Assembly: GCA_032654565.1 (NCBI GenBank)
Contig: JAULAX010000015.1
Location: 832,001 to 896,000 of the forward strand
Origin: Anaeromyxobacteraceae bacterium
GTDB lineage: Bacteria > Myxococcota > Myxococcia > Myxococcales > Anaeromyxobacteraceae
Direction: 5' to 3'
Length of the DNA: 64,000 bases
Shown one piece after another: positions 17,503 to 28,474 of the stretch; position 1 is the stretch's first letter, and every line of letters starts with the position of its first letter. The translations under genes were made by a program, and so were the position numbers. The notes beneath the pieces are model-generated. The model was not told the DNA's origin, ran no database searches, and was given only the letters and a program-made list of their open reading frames with translations.

Positions 17503-19367
17503 CCGCCACCTCTCGGGGCGTGCCAGTGGGCCTCCTCGAGCAGGGCCATGGCCCGGCCGGCCATGGCCAGCAGCTCCTCGCGGGCCACGGCGCCGCCGAA
17601 GCGGCCGGCGTCGCAGGCGTCGAGGGCGCTGGCCAGGGCCCGCAGGGCGGCCACGTGGGCGCCGGCCTCGCCGAGCGCCAGGGCCAGCTCGTCGCGGGTC
17701 AGGCCGCTGGCGGACCGGCCCAGCTTGTCGCCGCAGTAGCCGACCAGGGCCCGCTCCACCTCGGCGAAGAAGGGGGCGCCGTCGGCGCCGGGCAGGAGCC
17801 GGCTGGCCTCGGCCAGCCGCTTGCGCGCCACCCGGCCGGCGCCCCGGACCCGGCGGGCCCCGCCCTCGGCCACCTGCCCCTCGCGGTACCGGTCGACCGC
17901 GGTCAGCAGCAGGAAGGCGGCCACCGGCGTGAGCAGGAAGGCCCAGAGCGACCAGCCGGTCCCGGGCGCGGCGGCGCGGGCCAGGGGGCCGGCCGGGCGG
18001 ACCGGGCGCAGCCCGGGGAAGAGGGTGTTCTGGGCCGGGGCGGCGGCGCCGGCGGTGGACCCGGCGGCGGCGGTCACCTCCAGCCGCAGCTCGGGGGTCC
18101 GCAGCTCGCGGTAGGCCCCGGTCTTCGGGTCGAAGGTGGCCCAGGCCAGCGGGGCGATCACCAGCGTGCCGGGGGCCTCGGGCACCAGCACCGTCTCCAC
18201 CGTGCGTGAACCGGCGAAGCGGGTCCCGCGCGCCTTGAGCTGGTCGCTGGAGGTGGGGGCGAAGGCCCGGGCCCCGGGGAGGGCGGGGAAGGCGGGCAGC
18301 GACCAGGACTTGACGTTCCCCTCCCCCTCGGCGACCAGCCGCAGGGTGACCGCCTGGCCCACCGCGGTGGTGCGCTGCGAGAGGCCGGCGGTGAGCGTGG
18401 CGGTGGCCACGTTGGTCTGGTCGAAGCGGGCCGGCGGGTGGGGGGGGAGCGGCTTCACCGTGATGGCCACCGGCTTGCTCTGCCGCGTCACACGCTGCAC
18501 GTCGCCGAACGGGGAGAAGGGGTCGTTGCTGGCCACCCGGACCACCAGGTCGATGGCGTGTGCCCCCAGCTCCAGCGGGCCGGCCCGGGTGGGGAAGAGG
18601 GCGATCCGCTGCAGCAGGTAGGCGCGCAGCGGCAGGCCGTCCTTCTTGCGGATCTGCTGGGTCGGCTCGCGGGGCAGCTCCAGCTGCTCGGTCCAGAAGC
18701 CGTCGTAGGCCGGCGGCTTGAAGTTGCCGGTCTCGGCCACGCCCACCGGCGAGAGCACCCAGATCGAGGCGGTCACCTGCTCGCCGAGGAAGACCTCGGC
18801 CTTGTCCACCTCGACGCTGAGCTGCAGGTCGCGCTCCCAGCCGGTCCAGGCCCGGCTGCTCCCGCCGCCCTGCCCGCCGCCGCCGGGGAAGCCGGGGAAG
18901 CCGGGGATGGGCGACCCGGGCCGGCCGGGCCGGGCCGGCCGCGTGGAGGGGGCGCCGGCCGGGAGCACCTGGACGGTGAGCGGCTGGGTCTCGCCCCGCG
19001 ACTCCCCCGCCACCACCTCCACCGGCGGGACGGTGAGCTCGCCGGCGCGGCGCGGCCGCAGCCCGAACTGGAAGACGAAGGTGTGCTGGACCCTCATCCC
19101 GGCGCCGCCCCCCATGTTGATGGAGGTGCTGCGCGAGCTGCCGCGCGAGACCACGTCGAACTCGAACCCCTGGGTGGGGAGGGAGAGGGTGGGGGCCTCG
19201 GCGGCCTCGACGCGGACCTCCAGCGTCACCAGCTCCTCCAGCGCCACCTCGTCGCGGTCGAGCGAGGCCGAGATGGCCACGCCGGCGGCGCCGGCCGGGA
19301 CCGGGAGCAGCAGCAGCGCCGGCAGCAGCCGGAGCGCCACGGCCAGCAGGCCGGCCCTACCAGTCAC
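17499..19367 (-). CDS. batD: BatD family protein
   Basis: Signal peptide, repeated Ig-like BatD units (ASLDRDEVAL, VDKAEVFLGEQV, ALFPTRAG, GEGNV) and a C-terminal TM; operon position. Confidence 0.82.
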   Translation of the reverse strand: MTGRAGLLAVALRLLPALLLLPVPAGAAGVAISASLDRDEVALEELVTLEVRVEAAEAPTLSLPTQGFEFDVVSRGSSRSTSINMGGGAGMRVQHTFVFQFGLRPRRAGELTVPPVEVVAGESRGETQPLTVQVLPAGAPSTRPARPGRPGSPIPGFPGFPGGGGQGGGSSRAWTGWERDLQLSVEVDKAEVFLGEQVTASIWVLSPVGVAETGNFKPPAYDGFWTEQLELPREPTQQIRKKDGLPLRAYLLQRIALFPTRAGPLELGAHAIDLVVRVASNDPFSPFGDVQRVTRQSKPVAITVKPLPPHPPARFDQTNVATATLTAGLSQRTTAVGQAVTLRLVAEGEGNVKSWSLPAFPALPGARAFAPTSSDQLKARGTRFAGSRTVETVLVPEAPGTLVIAPLAWATFDPKTGAYRELRTPELRLEVTAAAGSTAGAAAPAQNTLFPGLRPVRPAGPLARAAAPGTGWSLWAFLLTPVAAFLLLTAVDRYREGQVAEGGARRVRGAGRVARKRLAEASRLLPGADGAPFFAEVERALVGYCGDKLGRSASGLTRDELALALGEAGAHVAALRALASALDACDAGRFGGAVAREELLAMAGRAMALLEEAHWHAPRGGG

Positions 19368-20151
19368 GGGAGGTCGCCTTCCGCGACGACGAGGGCTGGC
19401 CCACCGGGCCGAGCGGCATGGTCCGCTCGCGCGAGCGGAGGGCGTCGAGCAGCCGCTCGGCGTCCTGCTTGCCGACCGGCTCGGTCCGTCCGGCGGCGGC
19501 GCCATCCTTGCCCTGGCCGTCACCCGTGGTCTCCTTCCCCGCCTCACGCCGTGCTTGCTCCTGTCGCCGGTCCTGCGGCTTGCCGTCCTGCTTCGGCTCC
19601 CCCGGCTTCGGCTCGGGGCGCCCGCCCTGCTTCCCGTCGTCCCGCCGGTCCTGCTTCCCGCCGGCGCCGGCCTTGGGCTCGCCGTCGGGCCGCTTCGCCC
19701 CCTGGTCGCCCGGGTCCCTGGGTGCTCCCTGCCCCTCCGACCGGCGGCGCAGCAGCACCTCGAGGTTATAGCGCGCGTCCTCGTTGGAGGGGTCCCGCCG
19801 CAGCGCCTCGCCGAGGGCGCGGATGGCGCCGGCCTGGTCGCCGGCGGCGTCGAGGGCGTTGGCGGTGTTCTGCAGGGCGCGGCTGGCCAGCGGGGCCGGT
19901 GCCGTCTCGGCCGCCTTCTTCCAGGCCGCCCGGGCCTCCTCGGCGCGCCCCGCCTGCTGAAGGGCGTTGCCGCGGTCGAAGTCGATCTCCGGGCGGGGTC
20001 CGGCCTGGCGCTCGGCGGCGTCGTAGCGCGGCAGCGCCGCGGCGGCGTCGCCCGCCTTCAGGGCCTCGTTGCCGGCGCGCACCTCGGGGTGCTCGGCCTC
20101 GAAGGGGGAGGTGGCCAGCAGCAGGGCGGCCAGCGGCCACAGGGGCGTCAC
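19357..20151 (-). CDS. batC: BatC-like TPR protein
   Basis: TPR FDRGNAL...ALRRDPSNEDARYNLE, charged low-complexity linker, AERLLDAL and terminal RDW; GTGA coupling. Confidence 0.8.
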   Translation of the reverse strand: MTPLWPLAALLLATSPFEAEHPEVRAGNEALKAGDAAAALPRYDAAERQAGPRPEIDFDRGNALQQAGRAEEARAAWKKAAETAPAPLASRALQNTANALDAAGDQAGAIRALGEALRRDPSNEDARYNLEVLLRRRSEGQGAPRDPGDQGAKRPDGEPKAGAGGKQDRRDDGKQGGRPEPKPGEPKQDGKPQDRRQEQARREAGKETTGDGQGKDGAAAGRTEPVGKQDAERLLDALRSRERTMPLGPVGQPSSSRKATSRDW

Positions 20152-21242
20152 GGGGTCACCTCGTCGGCGTCGTCGGACGGACGGCGGCGCGGGCCGGCGT
20201 CGCCGAGCAGCAGCCCGGCCAGCAGCAGCAGGAAGGCCGGGAGGGCGGCCATGGCGTAGCGGTCCTCGTACTGGACGGTGAGCCGGCTGGTGAGCTCGCT
20301 CTTCTGCAGCCCGTCGAGCGCCGCCCGGAAGGCCGGCAGGCCGTGGTCGGGGGAGTTGAGCTCGAAGACCTCGCCGCCGCCGCGCGAGGTCACCTCGCGG
20401 AGCGTGGCCAGGTCGAGCCGGGTCACCACCGCCCGGCCCGCGGCGTCCTTCTTGTAGCCGGTCACCTGCCCCCGGGCGTCGAGCAGCGGGATGGGCTCGC
20501 CGGCGGCGGTCCCCACCGCCAGGGCGTGGAGCCGGATGCCGGCCTCGGCCAGCGCCCTGGCGGCCTCGCCGGCGTCCCCCTCCAGGTCCTCGCCGTCGCT
20601 CACCAGCAGCACCACCTTGCCGCGCCCCTGCGAGTTCTCCCCCTGCTCCAGCACCTGGCGCGCCGCCCGCAGCGCGTGGCCGAGGTCGGAGCCCTGCTGC
20701 GGCACGCTCCCCGGCCCCACCGAGCGCAGGAAGAGATGGGCCGCCTGGTAGTCGGTGGTGAGCGGGCACTGCACGAAGGCCTCGGCGGCGAAGACCACCA
20801 CCCCGACCCGGTCGCCGGCCAGCTGGTCGAGCAGGCTCCCCACCTCCAGCGTGGCCCGGGTGAGCCGGTCGGGCTGGACGTCGCGGGCCAGCATGGAGCG
20901 GGAGACGTCGAGCAGCACCACCAGGTCCACGCCGTAGCGCTTGGAGAGCTCGGTGCGGGTGCCGCACTGGGGCCGGGAGAGGGCCACCGCCAGCAGCAGC
21001 AGCCCGGTGAGCCAGAGCGAGGCGCGGGTGGCGGGGCGGGAGAGGCCGGCGCCGGGGGCCAGCCGGGCCGCCTGGGGGCCGGCGGTGCGGCGCAGCAGGG
21101 CGCGGCGGTCGAGCAGCCGCCACGCGGCCAGGCCGGCCAGGGCGGCCACCACCACGAGCAGCCAGAGCGCGCCCGGGACCAGCAGCCGGGCCGGGGCCCC
21201 CAGCACCTGGAAGGCGAAGGGGGTGGCGGCGTCGGCACTCAC
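20148..21242 (-). CDS. batB: VWA domain membrane protein BatB
   Basis: ALSRPQ, MIDAS DVSRSM, DRVGVVVFA, PLTTD and SDGED. Confidence 0.85.
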   Translation of the reverse strand: MSADAATPFAFQVLGAPARLLVPGALWLLVVVAALAGLAAWRLLDRRALLRRTAGPQAARLAPGAGLSRPATRASLWLTGLLLLAVALSRPQCGTRTELSKRYGVDLVVLLDVSRSMLARDVQPDRLTRATLEVGSLLDQLAGDRVGVVVFAAEAFVQCPLTTDYQAAHLFLRSVGPGSVPQQGSDLGHALRAARQVLEQGENSQGRGKVVLLVSDGEDLEGDAGEAARALAEAGIRLHALAVGTAAGEPIPLLDARGQVTGYKKDAAGRAVVTRLDLATLREVTSRGGGEVFELNSPDHGLPAFRAALDGLQKSELTSRLTVQYEDRYAMAALPAFLLLLAGLLLGDAGPRRRPSDDADEVTP

Positions 21243-22252
21243 GGGAAGGCCCTCCAGCGCGTCAGGCCGAGCAGCAGCCCCAGCGCCGCCAGCGCGAAGG
21301 CCGGCCCGAGCAGCCCGGGGAAGAGCTCGGTCACCTGGCTGCCGCCGGTGGTCTCGATGATGCGGGTCTTCTCCATCCGGTCGAGCACCGCCTGCAGCCC
21401 GCCCTCCAGCCCGGCCCGGTCGGTGGCGTTGGCGAAGGCGCCGCCGGTGATGGCGGCGATCTCGCGCAGCAGCCCGGGGTTGACGTCGAGCTGCACCGGC
21501 CGGTAGCTGGGTCGCCCCAGCAGGTCGACGCCGTCGGGGTAGGGGACCACGCCGCCGGTGCCCACCAGGATGGGGAAGACCCGGACCCCCATGGCCTTGG
21601 CCAGCCGGGCCGCCTCCAGCGGGGAGATCTGGCCGCGGTTGTTGTCACCATCGGTGATGAGGATGATCACCTTGCTGCGGGCGTCCGACTCGCGCAGCCG
21701 GTTGACCGCGGTGGCCAGGGCGTTGCCGATGGCGGTGCCGTCCTCAATGACCCCGATCTTGAGCTGGTCGACCAGGGTGCGGAGCAGGGCCTGGTCGAGG
21801 GTGAGCGGGGCCTGGGTGTAGGCGTCGCCGGCGAAGACCACCAGGCCGATGCGGTCGGTGCGGCGCCGGCCGATGAAGTCCTTGAGGACCTCCTTGGCCA
21901 CGTGGACGCGGCTCTCCGGCTTGAAATCGGCGGCCAGCATGGAGGTGGAGAGGTCGAGGGCGATGACGATGTCGATCCCCTCGATGCTGCGCTTCTCCGG
22001 CTGGCGCCGGTCGGCCTGGGGGCGGGCCAGCCCCACCGCGCCGAGCGCCAGCGAGAGCAGCAGCAGCCCCTGGGGCAGCCACCAGAGCCGGGCCACCCAG
22101 CCGCGCCGCCCGGCGCCGATGGTGGCGGCGCGGGGGTGGAGCAGGCGGGGGGCGCGCCGGCGGTCGAGCCGCAGCGCCGCCAGCGCCAGCGGGATGGCGA
22201 GCAGCAGGAGCAGGGCCCAGGGCCGGGCCCACTGGAGCGCCTCGCCGGTCAC
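21239..22252 (-). CDS. batA: VWA domain membrane protein BatA
   Basis: GLARPQ, DLSTSM, DRIGLVVFAG, GTAIGNAL and ILITDGDNN; GTGA coupling. Confidence 0.87.
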   Translation of the reverse strand: MTGEALQWARPWALLLLLAIPLALAALRLDRRRAPRLLHPRAATIGAGRRGWVARLWWLPQGLLLLSLALGAVGLARPQADRRQPEKRSIEGIDIVIALDLSTSMLAADFKPESRVHVAKEVLKDFIGRRRTDRIGLVVFAGDAYTQAPLTLDQALLRTLVDQLKIGVIEDGTAIGNALATAVNRLRESDARSKVIILITDGDNNRGQISPLEAARLAKAMGVRVFPILVGTGGVVPYPDGVDLLGRPSYRPVQLDVNPGLLREIAAITGGAFANATDRAGLEGGLQAVLDRMEKTRIIETTGGSQVTELFPGLLGPAFALAALGLLLGLTRWRAFP

Positions 22253-23319
22253 GCGGCGGCTCCGGGGGGTGGCGTGGCCGGCGGGGTGGACGGGAGCGGC
22301 GACGGCGGCGTGGCCGGTGAGGCGGCGGCCGGCGGCGCGGCGGGCGGCGGGGCCACAGGCGGCCGGGTCCGCTCCAGCAGCACCCGCCCGAAGGCGATGC
22401 CGTCGGCGCAGGCGCGGCCGTCGGCGGCCAGCCGGGCGAACTTGACCAGATCGGAGGTCTCGCAGAAGGCGCGCACCGGCTCGAGCGGCAGCCGCGGGTC
22501 GGGCTGCCGGGCCAGGGCGGCCAGCAGCTCCTCGGTGGTCAGGTCGAGGGCGTTCAGGCCGGTGACGGCGCCGAGGTAGTCGCGCACCGCCTCGGAGAGC
22601 CGGAACCAGTGCTCGCGGCCGCGCCCCTGCTCGCCGAGCCGCTCCCCCTCCAGCTCGTCGAGCCGGCCGGCGAAGCGAACCTCGGGCGGGATGGGCGGGG
22701 GCGGCGCCTCCCCGGCCCGCCGCCGGGCCTTCCACCAGCGCCAGAGCCGCCAGCCGAGCAGGCCGAGCCCGAGCGCGCCCAGCGCCCACCAGAGCAGCCG
22801 CCAGCTCGGCACCAGCAGCGGCACCGGCGGGGCCGGCGGCTTGAGCTCGAGCTTCTCGGCCGGCACCTGCGGGTCGATGACGCCGTTGCCGGTCAGGTGC
22901 GGGCCGGGGAGGTCGAGGACCCGGGGGCCGTCGGGCGTGGTCACGGAGAGGCGCAGCGGCGGCAGGTCGACCGGCCCCAGCGCCAGCAGCGCCACCCGGA
23001 GCCGGCAGGTGGTGGTGGTCCCGGTGGGCTGGTCGACCCGCTGGCAGCCGAGCGGCTCGGCGCGCCAGGGCCCCTCGGCCAGCGGCGGGCCGAAGTCGTA
23101 GCGCTCGGCCGGGGGGTGGGTGAGCTCGATCTCCCACTCGATGGGCTCGCCCAGCCGGGCCGAAGCCGCCGTGGTCCGGGAGTGGACCTGGCCCGGGGTG
23201 GCCTGCTCCAGCGCGGCGGGCGCGGTCGCCGGCGCGGTCCCAGGCGCGACCGGGGGCGCGGCCACCGGCGGCGCGACGGCGGCGGCCGCCAGCAGCAGGG
23301 CCAGGGCGGCGGCGCTCAT
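22249..23319 (-). CDS. Bat-operon associated membrane protein (DUF4381/BatD-like)
   Basis: Signal peptide, single TM, LSEAVRDYL, LTTEEL and SDLVKFA; ATGA coupling. Confidence 0.75.
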   Translation of the reverse strand: MSAAALALLLAAAAVAPPVAAPPVAPGTAPATAPAALEQATPGQVHSRTTAASARLGEPIEWEIELTHPPAERYDFGPPLAEGPWRAEPLGCQRVDQPTGTTTTCRLRVALLALGPVDLPPLRLSVTTPDGPRVLDLPGPHLTGNGVIDPQVPAEKLELKPPAPPVPLLVPSWRLLWWALGALGLGLLGWRLWRWWKARRRAGEAPPPPIPPEVRFAGRLDELEGERLGEQGRGREHWFRLSEAVRDYLGAVTGLNALDLTTEELLAALARQPDPRLPLEPVRAFCETSDLVKFARLAADGRACADGIAFGRVLLERTRPPVAPPPAAPPAAASPATPPSPLPSTPPATPPPGAAA

Positions 23320-24203
23320 CCCATCCTCCGGGCCCGGGCCTGGAAGAAGGCCAGCAGCGGCCCCACGTAGTCGGCGTCGTCGGCGCGGACCTGGGCGTGG
23401 TCGAGGTCGAGCCGGGCGAAGAGCCGGGTGAGCCGCTGCTCTGCGGCCGCCGCCTCGGCGGTGAGGCGGGCCCGCACCCGGTGGTCGGAGAGGTCGACGC
23501 GCACCGTGGCCCCGGTCTCCGGGTCCTCCAGCAGCGCCAGCCCGGCCGCCGGCAGGGCCCGCTCCAGCCGGTCCTCGATCCGCACCGGCACCAGGTCGTG
23601 CTTGCGGGCGGCGATGCGCAGCGGCAGCTCGAAGCGGGCCTCGTCGTCGAGGAAGTCGGAGAGCACGAAGGCCACGCAGCGCCGGCGCATGGCCCGCCGC
23701 AGCTGGGTGAGCGCGGCGCCCAGGTCGGTGCGCCTGCTGCGCGGCCGGAACTGCAGGATCTCCGAGACCAGCCGCAGGGCGTGGCGCCGCCCCTTGCGCG
23801 GCGGCACGAACTTCTCCACCTCGTCGGTGAAGAGGCAGAGCCCGACCCGGTCGCCGTTCTGCACCGCCGAGAAGGCCAGCAGCGCCGCGATCTCGGCCGC
23901 CACCTCGGCCTTGGTGCGGGCCCCGGAGCCGAAGTCGGTGGAGGCGGAGAGGTCGCAGATCACCATCACCGTCAGCTCGCGCTCCTCGACGAAGCGCTTG
24001 ACGTGGAGCTGGCCGGTGCGGGCCGAGACGTTCCAGTCGATGGCCCGGACCTCGTCGCCGGGCGCGTAGGCGCGCACGTCGTGGAAGTCCATGCCCCGGC
24101 CCTTGAAGACCGAGTGGTACTGGCCACCCAGCGAGTCCTCGACGGCGCGGCGGGTGGTGATCTCGATGCGCCGGATGCGCGCGATGAGGTCGCGGGCGTT
24201 CAT
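23316..24203 (-). CDS. DUF58 domain protein (MoxR-associated)
   Basis: GQYHSVFKGRGMDF, YAPGDEVRAIDWNVSAR and FVEERE. Confidence 0.92.
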   Translation of the reverse strand: MNARDLIARIRRIEITTRRAVEDSLGGQYHSVFKGRGMDFHDVRAYAPGDEVRAIDWNVSARTGQLHVKRFVEERELTVMVICDLSASTDFGSGARTKAEVAAEIAALLAFSAVQNGDRVGLCLFTDEVEKFVPPRKGRRHALRLVSEILQFRPRSRRTDLGAALTQLRRAMRRRCVAFVLSDFLDDEARFELPLRIAARKHDLVPVRIEDRLERALPAAGLALLEDPETGATVRVDLSDHRVRARLTAEAAAAEQRLTRLFARLDLDHAQVRADDADYVGPLLAFFQARARRMG

Positions 24204-24245
24204 CGGTCGGTGCGCGGGGCGGGGAGCGGACGGCCTCCCCGCCGC

Positions 24246-25235
<990 letters not shown>

Positions 25236-25378
25236 GCACCCTCCACGCGTGGAATCACAGGAACGGGCGAAGATAGCCGCCGCCCGTCCCGGTGAACAGC
25301 CCACCGCCCCCGGCTCTTCCCGGCGGCGTCACCGGCCGGTGGCTTGACCCCGGGGGCGGCCGGGCGGAGAACCGGCGG

Positions 25379-27106
25379 GTGAAGGTCACGGTCCGGCGCG
25401 CCTACGGTGAAGCCACCGCCTTCCTCCGCCACACGCGGCGGCTGGGCTGGGCCGACCTGGCGGTGGTGGCGGCGCTGGGCGGGGTGATCTTCGCCGCCTC
25501 CCGGCTGGCCCACGGGGCGGTGCTGCCCATGCGCCCGGCCGTGGCCATCGACCTCTCCGTCGCGGCGCTGCCCGGCTACACCATCCTCTCGCTGATGCGC
25601 GGCCTGGCGGCGCTGGGGCTGAGCCTGCTCTTCACCCTGGTCTACGGCTACTGGGCGGCCCGCGACGCCCTGGCCGAGCGGGTGCTGGTGCCGCTGCTCG
25701 ACGTGCTGCAGAGCGTCCCGGTGCTCGGCTTCATGCCCGGGCTGGTGCTCTCGCTGGTGGCCCTCTTCCCCGGCTCCAACGTCGGCATCGAGCTGTCGGC
25801 CATCGTCATGATCTTCACCGGCCAGGCCTGGAACATGACCTTCAGCTTCTACCGGTCGGTGCGGTCGGTGCCGCCGGTGCAGCTGGAGGTGGCGGCCCAC
25901 TACCGCTTCGGCTGGTGGCAGCGCTTCACGTGGGTGGAGCTGCCGGCCTCGGTGATCGGCCTGACCTGGAACGCCATGATGTCGATGGCCGGGGGCTGGT
26001 TCTTCCTCATGGTCAGCGAGGCCTTCGTGCTCGGCGACCGCGACTTCCGGCTGCCCGGGCTGGGGGCCTACATGAGCGTGGCGGTGGCGGCCGGGGACGG
26101 CCGGGCCATGCTGGCGGCGGTGGTGGCCATGGTGGTGATGATCGTGGCGCTCGACCAGCTGCTGTGGCGGCCGGTGGTGGTCTGGTCGCAGAAGTTCCGC
26201 CAGGACGAGGGGCAGGGGGGCGAGGCGGCCCGCTCCTGGTTCCTCGACCTGCTGCGCCGCTCGCGGATGCTGCGGCTGCTCCGCACCTGGCTCCGCCGCG
26301 CCCGGCGGCGGGCGCCCCGTCCGCCGCGGCCGCCGGCGCCGGCCCGCCCCCGGATCGGCCGGGTCTCGCGCCTGCTGCCCGTGGCCCTCTTCGGCGGGCT
26401 GCTGGCGCTGCTGGGGCTGGGGGCGCTGGAGCTGGTCCACCTGCTGCGCGAGGTGGCCTGGTCGGTCTGGGCCACCACCCTGGCGGCGGCCGGGGCCACC
26501 CTGGCCCGGGTGCTGGCGGCGGTGGCGCTGGGCACGCTCTGGGCGCTCCCCGCCGGCCTCGCCATCGGCCTCTCGCCGCGCCTCTCCCGGCTGCTCCAGC
26601 CGGTGGTGCAGGTGGTGGCCTCCTTCCCCGCCCCCATGCTCTTCCCGGCGGTGGTGGCGGTGCTGGCCCAGCTCGGCGTCGGCCTCTCCGGCGGCAGCGT
26701 GGTGCTCATGCTGCTCGGCACCCAGTGGTACATCCTCTTCAACGTGGTGGCCGGGGCCATGGCGGTGCCCTCCGACCTGCGCGAGGCGGCCGCCAGCTAC
26801 AAGATCACCGGCTGGCGCCGCTTCAAGCTGCTGCTGCTCCCCTCGGTGCTGCCGTACCTCATCACCGGCTGGGTGACCGCCGCCGGCGGGGCCTGGAACG
26901 CCTCCATCGTCTCCGAGTACGTGGCCTACCGCGGCCAGGTCCTGACCACCTTCGGCCTGGGGGCGCGCATCGGCATGGCCGCCGAGGCCGCCGACTTCCC
27001 GGTGCTGGCCGCCAGCGTGGTGGTGATGTCCGCCGCGGTGGTCCTCTTCAACCGCCTCGTCTGGCGCCCGCTCAACGACTACGCCGAGCGGCGCTTCGCT
27101 CCCTGA
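25379..27106 (+). CDS. NitT/TauT-family ABC transporter permease (two fused permease domains)
   Basis: LLDVLQSVPVLGF, FTGQAWNMTFSFY, WNAMMSMAGGWFFL and AGGAWNASIVSE. Start approximate (GTG). Confidence 0.88.
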   Translation: MKVTVRRAYGEATAFLRHTRRLGWADLAVVAALGGVIFAASRLAHGAVLPMRPAVAIDLSVAALPGYTILSLMRGLAALGLSLLFTLVYGYWAARDALAERVLVPLLDVLQSVPVLGFMPGLVLSLVALFPGSNVGIELSAIVMIFTGQAWNMTFSFYRSVRSVPPVQLEVAAHYRFGWWQRFTWVELPASVIGLTWNAMMSMAGGWFFLMVSEAFVLGDRDFRLPGLGAYMSVAVAAGDGRAMLAAVVAMVVMIVALDQLLWRPVVVWSQKFRQDEGQGGEAARSWFLDLLRRSRMLRLLRTWLRRARRRAPRPPRPPAPARPRIGRVSRLLPVALFGGLLALLGLGALELVHLLREVAWSVWATTLAAAGATLARVLAAVALGTLWALPAGLAIGLSPRLSRLLQPVVQVVASFPAPMLFPAVVAVLAQLGVGLSGGSVVLMLLGTQWYILFNVVAGAMAVPSDLREAAASYKITGWRRFKLLLLPSVLPYLITGWVTAAGGAWNASIVSEYVAYRGQVLTTFGLGARIGMAAEAADFPVLAASVVVMSAAVVLFNRLVWRPLNDYAERRFAP

Positions 27107-27117
27107 AGGGAACGCCC

Positions 27118-28434
27118 ATGGCCGACCCCACCGCCGCCCCGCCGCTCTACGCCCTCGAGAAGGTCAGCCACACCTTCGTGCTCCCCTCCGGCCAGCGGCT
27201 CGAGGTGCTGCGCGACGTCTCGGTGGAGATCCGCGAGGGCGAGGTGGTGGCGCTGCTCGGCCCCTCCGGCTGCGGCAAGTCCACCATCCTGCGCATCCTG
27301 GCCGGGCTGATCCAGCCCAGCAGCGGGGCGGTGCGGGTGCGCGGGGCGCCGCTCACCGGCCTGGCGCCGGGGGTGGCCATCGTCTTCCAGGGCTTCGCCC
27401 TCTTCCCCTGGATGACGGTGGTGGAGAACGTCCGGGCGGTGCTGCAGGCGGCCGGGCTGCCGGAGGCGGAGGCGGCGGCGCGCATCGCCGAGGCCGTCCG
27501 CATGGTCAGCCTGACCGGCTTCGAGGAGGCCTACCCGCGCGAGCTGTCGGGGGGGATGAAGCAGCGGGTGGGCATGGCCCGGGCGCTGTCGCTGCGCCCC
27601 GAGGCGCTCTTCATGGACGAGCCCTTCAGCCAGGTGGACGCCCTCACCGCCGAGGCGCTGCGCGCCGAGATCCTCGACATCTGGGCGGCCCACACCCGGA
27701 ACCCGACCTCGCTGCTCCTGGTGTCGCACGACATCAAGGAGGTGGTGACCATGGCCGACCGGATCGTGGTGCTCTCCGCCAACCCGGGGCGGGTGCGGAC
27801 GGTGCTGGAGAACACCCTGCCCAGGCCGCGCGACGCCCGCTCCCCCGAGGTGCTGGCGCTGGTGGACCGGCTGCACGATCTCATCACCGGCCACGAGCTG
27901 CCCGACCTGCCTGACCTGCCCGGGCCGGCCGCGGCCCCGGCGGCGCCGCCGCCCCCGGAGATCCTGCCGGCCGCCAACGTCGCCGAGATCATCGGCCTCA
28001 TCGAGTGGCTCGACGCCCGCGGCGGGCAGGACGACGTCTTCCGCGTCGCCGCCGAGAGCGGCCGCGAGTTCGGCCACCTGCTGCAGGCGGTCAAGGCGGC
28101 CGAGCTGCTCGATCTGGTCGACACCCCGAAGCGGCTGGCGGTGCTCACCGCCGAGGGGAGGGCCTTCGCCGCGGCCGGGCCGGAGGGGCGCCAGCGGCTC
28201 TGGCGGGAGAAGCTGCTGGGGCTCAAGCTCTTCGCCGACGTGCGCGACGCCCTGCGGGAGGCCCCCGGCCACCGGCTGCCGCGCGACTTCGTGCTCGAGA
28301 CCATCGTGCTGCGGATGCCGTCGGAGGACTACCACCGGGTCTTCGACGTCTGGATCGGCTGGGCCCGCTACGGCGACCTCTTCGCCTACGACGGGATCTC
28401 CGGGGCGGTGTCGCTGCAGGACGGGGCGGGGTAG
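27118..28434 (+). CDS. NitT/TauT-family ABC ATP-binding protein with C-terminal AAA-associated domain
   Basis: GPSGCGKST, LSGGMKQRVG, MDEPFSQVD and VSHD; C-terminal extension ending WARYGDLFAYD. Confidence 0.92.
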   Translation: MADPTAAPPLYALEKVSHTFVLPSGQRLEVLRDVSVEIREGEVVALLGPSGCGKSTILRILAGLIQPSSGAVRVRGAPLTGLAPGVAIVFQGFALFPWMTVVENVRAVLQAAGLPEAEAAARIAEAVRMVSLTGFEEAYPRELSGGMKQRVGMARALSLRPEALFMDEPFSQVDALTAEALRAEILDIWAAHTRNPTSLLLVSHDIKEVVTMADRIVVLSANPGRVRTVLENTLPRPRDARSPEVLALVDRLHDLITGHELPDLPDLPGPAAAPAAPPPPEILPAANVAEIIGLIEWLDARGGQDDVFRVAAESGREFGHLLQAVKAAELLDLVDTPKRLAVLTAEGRAFAAAGPEGRQRLWREKLLGLKLFADVRDALREAPGHRLPRDFVLETIVLRMPSEDYHRVFDVWIGWARYGDLFAYDGISGAVSLQDGAG

Positions 28435-28474
28435 GGCGCGCCCGTCCCGCCCCGGCGCGGTCCGCCGGACCGCC

